Below, one piece after another: positions 21,604 to 31,358 of a DNA stretch of 64,000 bases (positions are counted from its first letter, which is position 1; each line of letters begins with the position of its first letter). The notes beneath the pieces are model-generated. The model did not search any database, was not told the origin of the DNA, and worked only from the letters and a program-made list of their open reading frames with translations. The stretch covers positions 4,448,001-4,512,000 of the forward strand of contig OZ243938.1 of NCBI GenBank assembly GCA_965214095.1, read 5' to 3'. Origin of the DNA: Candidatus Poribacteria bacterium. GTDB taxonomy: Bacteria; Poribacteria; WGA-4E; WGA-3G. A program made the translations under genes and the position numbers.

Positions 21604-22389
21604 TTACTGTTGTCCCTTCAAACTACCCCATGTAGTGGCTAATTTATTCCGAGGATCAACAGCAAATATCTCAAAATGTCCTTTCTCCTTATGATCATTA
21701 ACCTCTTCTTCAGTCAGAGCGCGGTTCCAGATACGAACTTCATCTATCATACCGAGCAAATATCTGATATTTCCAGGACCCGCAGCACCAATCGCAACAG
21801 GGGCTGTATCAGCGTCCCCAACAGCGTCCACTTTCCCGTCAATCTCCTTGACCATCTCACCATTAATATAATAACGATGTGTGCCATTGTCAAGTTGGGC
21901 AACAACATGGTTCCATTCATTCAAACTGATAGGTGTGTCGCAAGAACTGCCACCGAAACCTCCTGCCGGACCAATACTAAGGTGTAGACATTTCGACTGC
22001 AAATGGGTGTAGAAACTGTAAGAACGAGGTCCGTTACCTTTAGCAGTTATCCCTTGCCAATTGGCACCTTCAGGACCGGAATGACGACCAATATTGATCC
22101 AAATCATTACAGTCACTTCTTTTGTTACAGTGAGGGATTCATGATGCGGGATTTCAACATATTCGTCCTCGCCGTTAAGTTCAAGAGCTTTGCCAAACAT
22201 GCCCTTCACGTGTTTCGGATCACCCTTCATCTCACCATGATTTCCATAATTTGAATGGTCAAATGTCTCTTTTCCATCAATCGTATCAAACGACATGTAG
22301 AGGATAAGCGAATCCTCAAGTTCATTAGCAGCAAACACGATAGTTGAAACAGACAGAAAGAAGGCTAAAACAAGTAATACTTTCTTCAT
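21604..22389 (-). CDS. Secreted LamG-like jellyroll domain protein
   Basis: GMIDEVRIWNRALT; tail VDPRNKLATTWGSLK. Confidence 0.88.
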   Translation of the reverse strand: MKKVLLVLAFFLSVSTIVFAANELEDSLILYMSFDTIDGKETFDHSNYGNHGEMKGDPKHVKGMFGKALELNGEDEYVEIPHHESLTVTKEVTVMIWINIGRHSGPEGANWQGITAKGNGPRSYSFYTHLQSKCLHLSIGPAGGFGGSSCDTPISLNEWNHVVAQLDNGTHRYYINGEMVKEIDGKVDAVGDADTAPVAIGAAGPGNIRYLLGMIDEVRIWNRALTEEEVNDHKEKGHFEIFAVDPRNKLATTWGSLKGQQ

Positions 22390-22426
22390 AATTCCTCACT
22401 TTTCATACTACCAAAAAACGCAAAAC

Positions 22427-24127
22427 CTAATAATCTAATTGAATGACTTTTCTGCCTTCAATAACTAAATACCTCTGATTGACAGACAGATCTGTTTTCC
22501 TATCTATCTGACCTGAAGGCCATTTAATTTCAAGGAGGTCAATCTGTTCCGCTTTTCCAACACCAAAATGTGCTCGTATATCATGGAAAGAGAGGTAACT
22601 ACCACCACCATGCACTTCTCGGTACTGAACATGTTCACCAACGACTACCTTTATTTTCGCTCCAAATCCTGAACGGTTGCTCTTCAATCCATCTAATTGT
22701 ATTTGTACCCAATTGTTCCTATTACCAACTACATTCTGAAGCAAATCTGGAATCTGATTACAGTTCGTAACTAAAATATCAAGATCACCATCATTGTCAT
22801 AATCACCAATCGCAGCACCACGACTGACCTTCTTCAAAGATAACCCATCAGCCTCTGAAACTACATTTGCAAACGTTCCATCTCCCAAATTCCGAAATAG
22901 CAGATTTTTTTGCGGGTATGATACATGCTTCTCCAACTCAGAGATATTATCCATCAAATGTCCATTCGCAACAAAAATATCTTGATAACCATCGTTATCA
23001 TAATCAAAGAACTTGATACCCCAACCAAGATACCCATGCGTGATCTCGGCTATTCCTGAAGGTATCGTATTGTCAAGAAAGAAACTGCTATCGTGATTAT
23101 GGTAAAGTGTGTTCGTTTCGGTCTGATAGTTGCTAACAGTGATGTCAAGTTTCCCATCGTTATTATAATCACCGAAATCAGTTCCCATCCCAGCTTCTTC
23201 TTTTCCCATATCATTGTAGCAAACACCAGAAATTAATGCAACCTCTAAAAATTTACCTTTTCCATCATTTTGTAATAGAAAGTTCGGATCCTGATCGTTG
23301 GCAACATATAAGTCCATATCGCCATCGCCATCATAATCACCAAAGGTCACACCCAATCCATGCATTGGCAAAAGGTCGGATGGACGATATTGCGCCGACA
23401 CATCAGTAAACGTCCCGTCTCCATCACTTAAGTAAAAAGTGTCGTGAACAGCAGGATACGCATGAGGTCCACAATAGACATGAACCCCACGTTCATCGCA
23501 ACGTCTATCTTCTTTCGGATGGTAATTAGCATAGTTCGTCACATAGATGTCCAAATGACCTTCGTTATCAATGTCAACAAAGACGCAACTTGTTCCCCAT
23601 TCCTGATTCGCAACTCCTGCTTCCATAGTTACATCTTTAAATGTACCATCACCTTGGTTCTGATAAAGTTGGTCTGCTCCAAAGTTTGTAACATAAAGGT
23701 CAAGATCACCATCATTATCATAATCTCCAACTGTAGCACCAGTTCCATAAGCAGTACTCCCAACACCAGCAGCTTCAGTTACATCCGTAAAAGTACCATT
23801 CCCATTGTTTCGGTACAGCACATTAGTAGGTGACTTTTCTTGTGCGTTATCTACTTGTATTGCCCCATTCACAAGATAAATGTCAAGATCTCCATCACCA
23901 TCATAATCAAAAAAACCACCACCTGAACCGAGAAATTCATTGAATAATCTCTTTCCACTTCTACCATCGGTATGTTCAAATTCAATTCCAGCAGACTCAG
24001 TAACATCTACGAAAATCTGTTCCGATAATGCAGCATCATTATTAAAAAATAAGGTTAAAATCACAAGAAATATAGGGTGGATAAATTGAGGGATAGTAAA
24101 AATTCTTGATAAATTTGTCTTATACAT
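22427..24127 (-). CDS. CRTAC1 family protein (FG-GAP/VCBS repeats and ASPIC/UnbV domain)
   Basis: Repeated DYDNDGDLD motifs; C-terminal SNRSGFGA..GGSYLS..HFGVG..IKWPSG. Confidence 0.92.
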   Translation of the reverse strand: MYKTNLSRIFTIPQFIHPIFLVILTLFFNNDAALSEQIFVDVTESAGIEFEHTDGRSGKRLFNEFLGSGGGFFDYDGDGDLDIYLVNGAIQVDNAQEKSPTNVLYRNNGNGTFTDVTEAAGVGSTAYGTGATVGDYDNDGDLDLYVTNFGADQLYQNQGDGTFKDVTMEAGVANQEWGTSCVFVDIDNEGHLDIYVTNYANYHPKEDRRCDERGVHVYCGPHAYPAVHDTFYLSDGDGTFTDVSAQYRPSDLLPMHGLGVTFGDYDGDGDMDLYVANDQDPNFLLQNDGKGKFLEVALISGVCYNDMGKEEAGMGTDFGDYNNDGKLDITVSNYQTETNTLYHNHDSSFFLDNTIPSGIAEITHGYLGWGIKFFDYDNDGYQDIFVANGHLMDNISELEKHVSYPQKNLLFRNLGDGTFANVVSEADGLSLKKVSRGAAIGDYDNDGDLDILVTNCNQIPDLLQNVVGNRNNWVQIQLDGLKSNRSGFGAKIKVVVGEHVQYREVHGGGSYLSFHDIRAHFGVGKAEQIDLLEIKWPSGQIDRKTDLSVNQRYLVIEGRKVIQLDY

Positions 24128-24153
24128 AAGGATTCAGTCTGAATCATTTTTAT

Positions 24154-25404
24154 TTATTTCTTCAGACGTTCCAATCTCCGAATTTCTGTCCAAGCATCTC
24201 TATCGGTAGGAACTATTTTTGTAATGTGTTGATATATCTCAATCGCTTTATCTATGTGCCCCTGATGTGCATAGATTTCTGCCAACCCGTGATACGCCAA
24301 ACTATGTTCAGGCATCTTCTCAATTGCCTTCTGCAGGTGTGATATCGCCTTTTCATCAGAATCCTGTTGTGAATACAACCACCCTAATCTAACGTGTGCT
24401 TCAACAGCATCAGGTTTCAACTCAAGAACTTTATGGAAAAGTGGTATAGCACGATGTAGGCTATTGAGTTCCATATAGAACCTACCCAACTGATCATAAC
24501 CGTCTACAAACTTCGGATTTAACCGAATTACTGCTTGATATGTCCTAATTGCAGCTGGTACATTCGCATGTTCTGCATGGATTTTCGCCAATTGCATACG
24601 GAGTGATGCGTTGGCTGGATCTTCAGTTAAAAAACCTTCTATGGTATAAGTCTGGTCATAATAATCTTTCATCTTCTGGAATAGTTTCAACTGCACAGAT
24701 GCTGACTCTATATCACCAATTAAACGATAAGCCTTAGCAAGATTATAGTATGCGCTTTGAATAAACGGCTTTTTCTGAATCGCAGTTTTATAGTAGGTAA
24801 TAGCTTCCTGTGGTCTGTTCCGCATTAAGGCAATTAATCCAAGCCATTGATACACTTCAGGAAAATCTGGGTTGAGTTGAAGAGTTTTCTTAAATGCAAC
24901 CAATGCATCCGGAAATTTCGCTTGGTGTGTGTAGATATAACCAAGACGGTAATGAGTATCAGCAACCAATGGATGTCTATCTACCGCTGCTATCGCATGA
25001 ACTTCAGCAACATCCAATTTGCTCTGTTCACTGTAAATTTCCGATAACAGAAGGTGTGTTAATCCTGTTATATGGTCATTTGTGTGATCCTTTTTCTTGG
25101 ACGCAATTGAGAATATCTTTTCTGCTGTTTCTATTGCTAACGCTAATTCATCTTGTAATTTATATACATTCGCCAATTGAAATAAGGCATCAATATCATT
25201 TGGCTTCCTTGATAGTATCAATTGGAAGGTGTCAACTGCTTTCGGATAAATCTTTAGTCTTATATACTGCGTACCTTGTTTCATTTCAGTTTCATATTGA
25301 TCAGAACTGACAGTCATCGAGGTTTGCAATAAGATAATAACTAATAATACATGATGAATGTGTATCTTAAACATCAGATGATACAGTGTATGACAAACTT
25401 TCAT
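24154..25404 (-). CDS. Tetratricopeptide repeat protein
   Basis: Many TPR units; start moved to 25404 to avoid overlap with the upstream gene (25374 is also possible). Confidence 0.82.
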   Translation of the reverse strand: MKVCHTLYHLMFKIHIHHVLLVIILLQTSMTVSSDQYETEMKQGTQYIRLKIYPKAVDTFQLILSRKPNDIDALFQLANVYKLQDELALAIETAEKIFSIASKKKDHTNDHITGLTHLLLSEIYSEQSKLDVAEVHAIAAVDRHPLVADTHYRLGYIYTHQAKFPDALVAFKKTLQLNPDFPEVYQWLGLIALMRNRPQEAITYYKTAIQKKPFIQSAYYNLAKAYRLIGDIESASVQLKLFQKMKDYYDQTYTIEGFLTEDPANASLRMQLAKIHAEHANVPAAIRTYQAVIRLNPKFVDGYDQLGRFYMELNSLHRAIPLFHKVLELKPDAVEAHVRLGWLYSQQDSDEKAISHLQKAIEKMPEHSLAYHGLAEIYAHQGHIDKAIEIYQHITKIVPTDRDAWTEIRRLERLKK

Positions 25405-25414
25405 GCTAATATGC

Positions 25415-25744
25415 TCAATCAGTGTCCGATTGTTTTTCCACGACATCTTTAATCCAAGATAGCGCAGCCATACTTGATGACCACCCAATTGAAGTTATAG
25501 CCAGCAAAGCCACCTGTTGGATCTCATCTGGTGTAATACCCTCACGTAACGCACGACGCGTATGTGAATGCACCGCACCTTCGGACTTCGCACCTATCGC
25601 CAATGCAAGCTTAACAAGACGCACAGTTTTCGGCTCAAGCGAACCCGAAGTGCCACACGCCTCACCCAATGCCTGATATGCTTGCCATACTTCTGGATAT
25701 TCTTCAATTACACCTTGAAGAAAATCTGGTAATTTATCTTTCAT
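25415..25744 (-). CDS. Carboxymuconolactone decarboxylase (CMD/AhpD-like) family protein
   Basis: LEPKTVRLVKLALAIG..GAVHSHTRRAL..GITPDEI; no CxxC. Confidence 0.85.
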   Translation of the reverse strand: MKDKLPDFLQGVIEEYPEVWQAYQALGEACGTSGSLEPKTVRLVKLALAIGAKSEGAVHSHTRRALREGITPDEIQQVALLAITSIGWSSSMAALSWIKDVVEKQSDTD

Positions 25745-25757
25745 GATAACTCAAAAT

Positions 25758-25958
25758 CTAACTAACTTCCTCTTTCTGTGGTGCTTCGGTATCCTGTTGT
25801 GTAGTAGTTGCGTTCTCCTCTTCTTGAGACTCATGAAGTCCTGATTTAAAGTTCGTTATGCTCTTACCAAGTCCACGTGCCAATTCAGGCAACTTCTTCC
25901 CACCAAATAGTAGTAAGGCAACTAATACTACCGCAATTATCTCCCAATGACCAAACAT
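25758..25958 (-). CDS. tatA: Twin-arginine translocase TatA/TatE subunit
   Basis: [32 protein letters not shown]. Confidence 0.93.
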   Translation of the reverse strand: MFGHWEIIAVVLVALLLFGGKKLPELARGLGKSITNFKSGLHESQEEENATTTQQDTEAPQKEEVS

Positions 25959-26323
25959 ATCTGTCTCCAAATAAATTTTGTGATTTGTATTGTAAATTCA
26001 ACACTTAATTCTAATTATGTATTGTACTATATTTCTTATATAATTTCATCTAAAAATTACAATATCACCATAACATTATAATTACAACCTCCTAAAAAGC
26101 TTGAAATCTGCGATCCAGAAGAAAGAACCCGCTCGCATCCGCGCAACTCATTGCGCCTCTTACATTCATAGTAATAGGCATACTCCGTGTGCCGTCTATT
26201 TTTTGAATACCACCTTGAAACTTCAGAAGCATAATCCTGTAATCTTGGTTCAGACAAGAATCCGAGATTCAGGAATTGTGTAGGTTCGTAAAATTAGAAA
26301 TGGTATGACCTGCTTTTCTTGAA

Positions 26324-26831
26324 GGGTGTGTAAAGTTCTTGGCAAAATGGACACAGACATTCTATAGGAGGGATCTCCGAATCGCGAACTGTCGGGAATC
26401 GGAGTTCCCTCGGACAATGAATTTGGCGGTTAATGTCGAGAACTTTACATACCCATTTGGAACAATATCTGAAATTATTGTGACTGTTGTCCAGTTTTGC
26501 TTGGATTCGTCCATAGATGTCAATTTGTTGAGATAAGGCAGTCGGAAACTCGGATGCCTGCCTGCAAGTGGGCATTGGTCAGAAAACAGCAATTATTCAA
26601 CGATTGAATACCTCTGCGTATGTCATGAATGTTTGCATTAATTGCATTAATTTCTATTATAATTTGGATTTATTTATGAAAAAACCTTCGCGAAAAAATA
26701 GAGTTAGCTTCAGTCATAATAAGAGATTATCAATGAGCTGGGTGTATTTCTGAGACTGAAAGAATGCGGGGCACGGAGACTCCGCAAGACAATGGTTGGT
26801 GAGAACTTAGTGCCAAAAACTTTACACACCC
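26324..26831. mobile_element. Non-autonomous IS/MITE-like element with 21-bp TIRs and a 9-bp target site duplication
   Basis: TIRs GGGTGTGTAAAGTTCTTGGCA (26324-26344) and TGCCAAAAACTTTACACACCC (26811-26831), 1 mismatch; direct repeat TTTCTTGAA at 26315-26323 and 26832-26840; no transposase ORF. Confidence 0.8.
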
Positions 26832-26847
26832 TTTCTTGAAAATATAT

Positions 26848-26876
26848 TTGATAGATCAACATTTTTATGCTATACT
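26848..26876 (+). promoter_or_regulatory. Putative sigma70 promoter of the LamG pair
   Basis: TTGATA-17 bp-TATACT with an extended -10 TG. Confidence 0.5.
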
Positions 26877-26958
26877 TTCCAATAATTGGTCTTCCAATAT
26901 TGAAATGAAATAATATAGGGCATATTGGAACTAACAAGAAACAACGAAAGGAGACGAG

Positions 26959-27753
26959 ATGAGATTTATACGTATCTATGTAATTATACTATTTGCTGTA
27001 TGTTTCGTGATCCTTCCCACACAGGCTGCGTTTGATGCCGATAACATCATGGGAATGTGGCTCTTTAATGAGGGTAATGGAGACACAGCAAAAGATTCGT
27101 CAGGAAACGGCAACGATGGTGAAATCATCGGTGGTGCAAAATGGGTTGATGGACAATTTGGAAAAGCACTTGAATTTGATGGTACGGATGACTGGGTTGA
27201 AGTTCAACACTCGGATGCTGTTGCGTTTGAAAAAGGAACTTCTTTCTCTATTACACTTCATTACAATGGATCAGCAGTAGGAGGTTCTCTTGTCGGCAAA
27301 GGCTATGAAGATACAACGCAAGTCAAACCTTGGTATTTGTTATGGAATGGTGGTGGTGATGCAAATGTATCTTTTTTTCTTCGCACTTCAGCAGATGCGG
27401 AGTCCAAAATAAATAGTACAGTGCCTGTCTCAGATGAAGAATGGCATTTTATTGCTGCTGTCGCAGATGCAGATTCAAAGAAAGTTTCCTTGTGGATCGA
27501 TGGAAAAAAGAATGTTGAGGGAGTCTTCAATGTTTCTGAAGGGTATGGTACAAATGATAGCGTTTTTCATATAGCACGACACTTTGATCGATATACAAAA
27601 GGTATAATTGATGATGTTGGAATCTTTAATGTTGCATTGACCGAAAATGATATGGACACTATCATGGAAAATGGTTTAGAAGAGGCTGCAGCAGTAGACG
27701 TTGTAGGGAAACTCACAACAACATGGGCTAACATTAAGCGAAATATAAAATAA
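26959..27753 (+). CDS. Secreted LamG-like jellyroll domain protein
   Basis: Signal peptide; GMWLFNEG, GQFGKALEFDG, GIIDDV; tail VDVVGKLTTTWANIK. Confidence 0.88.
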   Translation: MRFIRIYVIILFAVCFVILPTQAAFDADNIMGMWLFNEGNGDTAKDSSGNGNDGEIIGGAKWVDGQFGKALEFDGTDDWVEVQHSDAVAFEKGTSFSITLHYNGSAVGGSLVGKGYEDTTQVKPWYLLWNGGGDANVSFFLRTSADAESKINSTVPVSDEEWHFIAAVADADSKKVSLWIDGKKNVEGVFNVSEGYGTNDSVFHIARHFDRYTKGIIDDVGIFNVALTENDMDTIMENGLEEAAAVDVVGKLTTTWANIKRNIK

Positions 27754-27768
27754 AATTAGGAGATATAT

Positions 27769-28564
27769 TTGATGAAATATTTTGGATTTACATTAACTTT
27801 GTTATTTAGTCTCGTTTTACTTATAGCATATCCAAGTTATGCAGAATACGGTTATGAAAATATCACAGGATTGTGGCTTTTTGATGAAGGTGAAGGCACT
27901 GTAGCAGGTGATTCATCAAGTCAAAACAGTGAAGGTCAAATTCACGGAGCAACTTGGGTAGATGGCAAATTTGGAAAAGCATTGCAATTTGATGGAACAG
28001 ATGACTGGGTTGAAGTACAACATTCTGAAAATGTTGCTTTTGAAGCTGGAACATCCTTTTCGCTCACCGCTCATTTCAAAGGAACAGTGGTCGGTGGTTC
28101 ACTTGCAGGAAAGAATTATGAAGATACAACGCAGGCAACGCCTTGGTACATGATCTGGAGGCGGCAATAACAAAGTGACTTTCTTCTTACGGGATAGTGC
28201 TAATGCAAGTTTCAGACCAGAAAGTACAACTGAAATTGGGGATGATCAGTGGCATTTCGTTGCGGGTGTGGCAAATGTAGATACAGGAAATGCATCCATT
28301 TGGATAGATGGAAATATGGAAGCTGAAGTTGATTTCAATACTGACGATGGATACGGAACAGCTGAAGGCGTGTTTCATATCGGTCGACATTTTGACAGAT
28401 ACACAAATGGAATCATTGATGAAGTTGCACTCTTTAACGTAGCATTAACTGAAGACGATATTAACTCTATCATGTCTGACGGTCTTGTAAGTGTCACTGC
28501 TGTTGAAGCACAAGGGAAACTTGCTACGACTTGGGGGACAATCAAAGAACGCACTTCAAAATAA
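27769..28564 (+). pseudogene. Frameshifted LamG-like gene (paralog of 26959..27753)
   Basis: ORFs 27769..28170 and 28175..28564 align to the two halves of the upstream paralog; frame change near 28156-28160. Confidence 0.82.
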
Positions 28565-28658
28565 TGTGTAATAAAGTATAGGGAACGTTCTCTGTTGCTA
28601 CTACACACTATTTGCATGTATGTTACAGAACATTCGCTCAAAAGGTAGGCGCGCTTTC

Positions 28659-28773
28659 ATGAAGATTAAGAAATAAATCAGGTAATTTCTTAGAGATGTC
28701 CGGTGCGGTTAGGAAACCGCACCTACCGGGTTTGGAAAAATGAGAATTACCGAATTAATAACTTAATTTTCAT
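28659..28773. repeat. REP-containing element with imperfect inverted ends
   Basis: Core GGTGCGGTTAGGAAACCGCACCTACC at 28702-28727; ends ATGAAGATTAAG..GGTAATTTCT and AGAATTACC..CTTAATTTTCAT. Confidence 0.65.
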
Positions 28774-28818
28774 CTAAGCAAGTTTCAATATTAAATATGC
28801 ACATTGTCCATTGATAGC

Positions 28819-28841
28819 GGGCGGGGAAACCCCGCCCCTAC
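28819..28841 (-). repeat. GTAG-type REP-like hairpin (GTAGGGGCGGGGTTTCCCCGCCC on the minus strand)
   Basis: GTAG foot followed by a GC-rich palindrome. Confidence 0.65.
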
Positions 28842-29029
28842 GAACTCGGTGGCATTATCTGTCGAAAAAATCGGAAGATTATTATTTAATATTGCTTAAG
28901 CGTGCCGAAAAATCAGAATACCATTAAAAATTACAACATTTTAGTCACAATTGGTAGAAAAACGTGAGAATTGTGTAAATCATATACAGAAATACTGAAG
29001 TTTTCATTTTGTAAAGGAAACAAATAGTC

Positions 29030-30130
29030 ATGAAAAAGTCATTACCACTCTTTGCATTAGCACTGTTGATGTTGATTGGATTCGGTTGTGGTTCAACGGA
29101 AGACCCAATCGATGAACCTGAAGAGGTGCAATTAGAACTTGGCAAACTTCAGGTGCAGATAGAATCAATTGAAGGGGTTACAATTCATGTCCGTCTATTG
29201 AAAGATGGTCAACTCATTGCACAAACAGATTCTGATGCAGATTATGACCTTGGTGATATAGAAAAAGGTCAATATACTGTTGAAATTTCTGCAAAAGGAT
29301 ATGAAACAACAGAATTAAATGTAGAAATTGTGTCTGGTGAAACCAACGTGTTAGATAAAGTAACACTCTCACCTTTAGAAGTACCTGTTTCTCATTTGAA
29401 TGGCATATTAACTGATGAAAAAACTGGGAATGTATTAGTTGATGTTCTCGTCCAACTTACTGACGAATCTGGTGAAGAGTATGAAACCTTGACTTCTGAT
29501 GAAGGTGCTTTTACCTTTGAAAATCTACCGGTTGATCAATCATTCACTCTAACAATTAGTCAGGTAGGATACGAAGATCAAGAAGTTTCTATAGACGCAA
29601 TTGGTGCAGATGAGACCCTTGAAATAGATGTAGAACTTACGGCTATTCTCGAACCAGAAATATTGGGTCCAGGTGAAGGCTTAAGTGTCGGCAGCCAAGC
29701 ACCTGATTTTGAGTTGCCTGACAGCAATAATCAACCACGGGCACTTGCCGATTTTATTGACAACATGAAGGCAGTGATTGTCTTTTACCGTGGAGGGTGG
29801 TGACCGTTTTGCGTTGACCAACTCGGAGAGTTGCAAGATGATTATAACAACATAAAATCTAAAGGGGCAGAACTCGTCGTTATCAGTTCCGATACCGTCG
29901 CAGCATCAAAACAGACTGTTGATAAAAAGGCACTTAAGTTCGCTGTACTCGCTGATAGTGAAAAGAAGACGATTGCAGATTACAATGTCGTTGATCCAAA
30001 CAACAAACATATTGCCCGTCCTGCCACATATATAATTGATCAGAATGGTATAGTTGCATGGAAATTCCTTGATCAACGCTTAGGTCATCGCATTCCAACT
30101 GAAGACATTCTTGATCAGTTGGGTAAATAG
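29030..30130 (+). CDS. Putative selenoprotein: lipoprotein with two carboxypeptidase-regulatory-like domains and an AhpC/TSA redoxin domain (UPFC, Sec258)
   Basis: Lipobox IGFGC; TGA at 29801-29803 is in frame with the downstream ORF: FYRGGW-U-PFCVDQLGELQ...ARPATYIID. Confidence 0.88.
29819..29833 (+). promoter_or_regulatory. Putative SECIS apical hairpin 1
   Basis: CAACTC-GGA-GAGTTG starting 15 nt after the TGA. Confidence 0.75.
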
Positions 30131-30172
30131 AAAGATCTATTAGGTATGTTTTCATCTATGAGGTAGCAAGAA

Positions 30173-31291
30173 ATGAAAAATATGTCGATATTTATCATAA
30201 TACCTTTATTACTTTTTTCCACAATCGGATGTGAGACTACAGAAAATCCGATCAGCGAAATACCAGAAGTAGAAACTACAACCGGTGTTCTGCATGGAAA
30301 AGTATCAACAAGTGTTGATGAGACAATCCAAGTCCGTTTGTTAAAGGATGGTGAAATTGTCGCACAGATGGAAGGTGATGGTGGATTCACACTCAGGAAA
30401 ATTGAAGCTGGAGAGTATACTTTACGCATTTCAGCGCAAGGCTTTCAAGATACTGAACTCAAAGTTACAGTCATAGCAGGCGAAACAGTTACTTTGGATA
30501 CTATCACACTTGAAGAATTGTCAGGACCTGTCTCACATATTATTGGACTTATTCGTAACAATAGGACTGGAATTCGTCTGCCAGCGATACTCGTTCAACT
30601 TACTGATCAGGATGGAAAACAGGACGAGACTTTGTCCTCAGATGAGGGTATATTCAATTTTAATAATCTTCCTACTCGACAGAAGTTTACCTTGACTATT
30701 GAAGATGCAGACTATGAAATACATGAAATATCAATAGATCCAATATCTGCCGATGAAACTGAGAAATTGAATGTAAAGTTAACACCAGTTGGAATTGGAG
30801 ACAGGGAAATTGAACCTGAGGAACCTGGAGAAGGGTTACCTATTTTTACAAAAGCACCAGATTTTGAATTGCCAGACGGTGACCGGAAAATGCATTCATT
30901 GTACGATGCTCTTGATGAAGGAAAAAATGTTATTATTGTCTTTTACATAGGTGGTGACTGACTTGCATGTAAGACGCAACTCGGTGAGTTGCAAAAGAAT
31001 TATCAATTGATTCAATCAAAAAATGCTGAATTATTTGCTATTAGTGTTGAAGATATTCCAACAACAAAAAGGACAGTTGTGGATGAAAATCTTGAGTTCC
31101 CTGTACTCTCCGATTTAGACCTTGAAGCGGTTAAAACTTACAATGTAGAAAACCAAGAATTTCCTGGTTTTCCACGAGCATCCACATTTCTTCTTGAATC
31201 TGATGGTACGATCGTTTGGAAATCGCTTGATACTGTTGATAGACGAGTGTCAACAGCAATAATCATGAAAGAATTAGGAAAACTTTGGTAG
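30173..31291 (+). CDS. Putative selenoprotein: lipoprotein with carboxypeptidase-regulatory-like domains and an AhpC/TSA redoxin domain (ULAC, Sec263)
   Basis: Lipobox STIGC; TGA at 30959-30961 in frame: FYIGGD-U-LACKTQLGELQ. Confidence 0.86.
30976..30992 (+). promoter_or_regulatory. Putative SECIS apical hairpin 2
   Basis: GCAACTC-GGT-GAGTTGC at the same offset from the TGA. Confidence 0.75.
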
Positions 31292-31358
31292 CTCTTCTGT
31301 CATTAATGGGAAATGGATAATCCATATCTGTCATGATTCAAAAGAAAGGATTAGATAT

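Noticed and set aside
25415-25744. CMD/AhpD-like protein as the reductase for the Sec redoxins
   Set aside because: It lacks the AhpD CxxC motif, appears cytoplasmic and is in a different transcription unit.
26057-26937. Short ORFs in the tatA-LamG intergenic region as genes or a transposase
   Set aside because: They overlap on both strands, run across repeat elements, and show no DDE or HUH motif that I can recognise.
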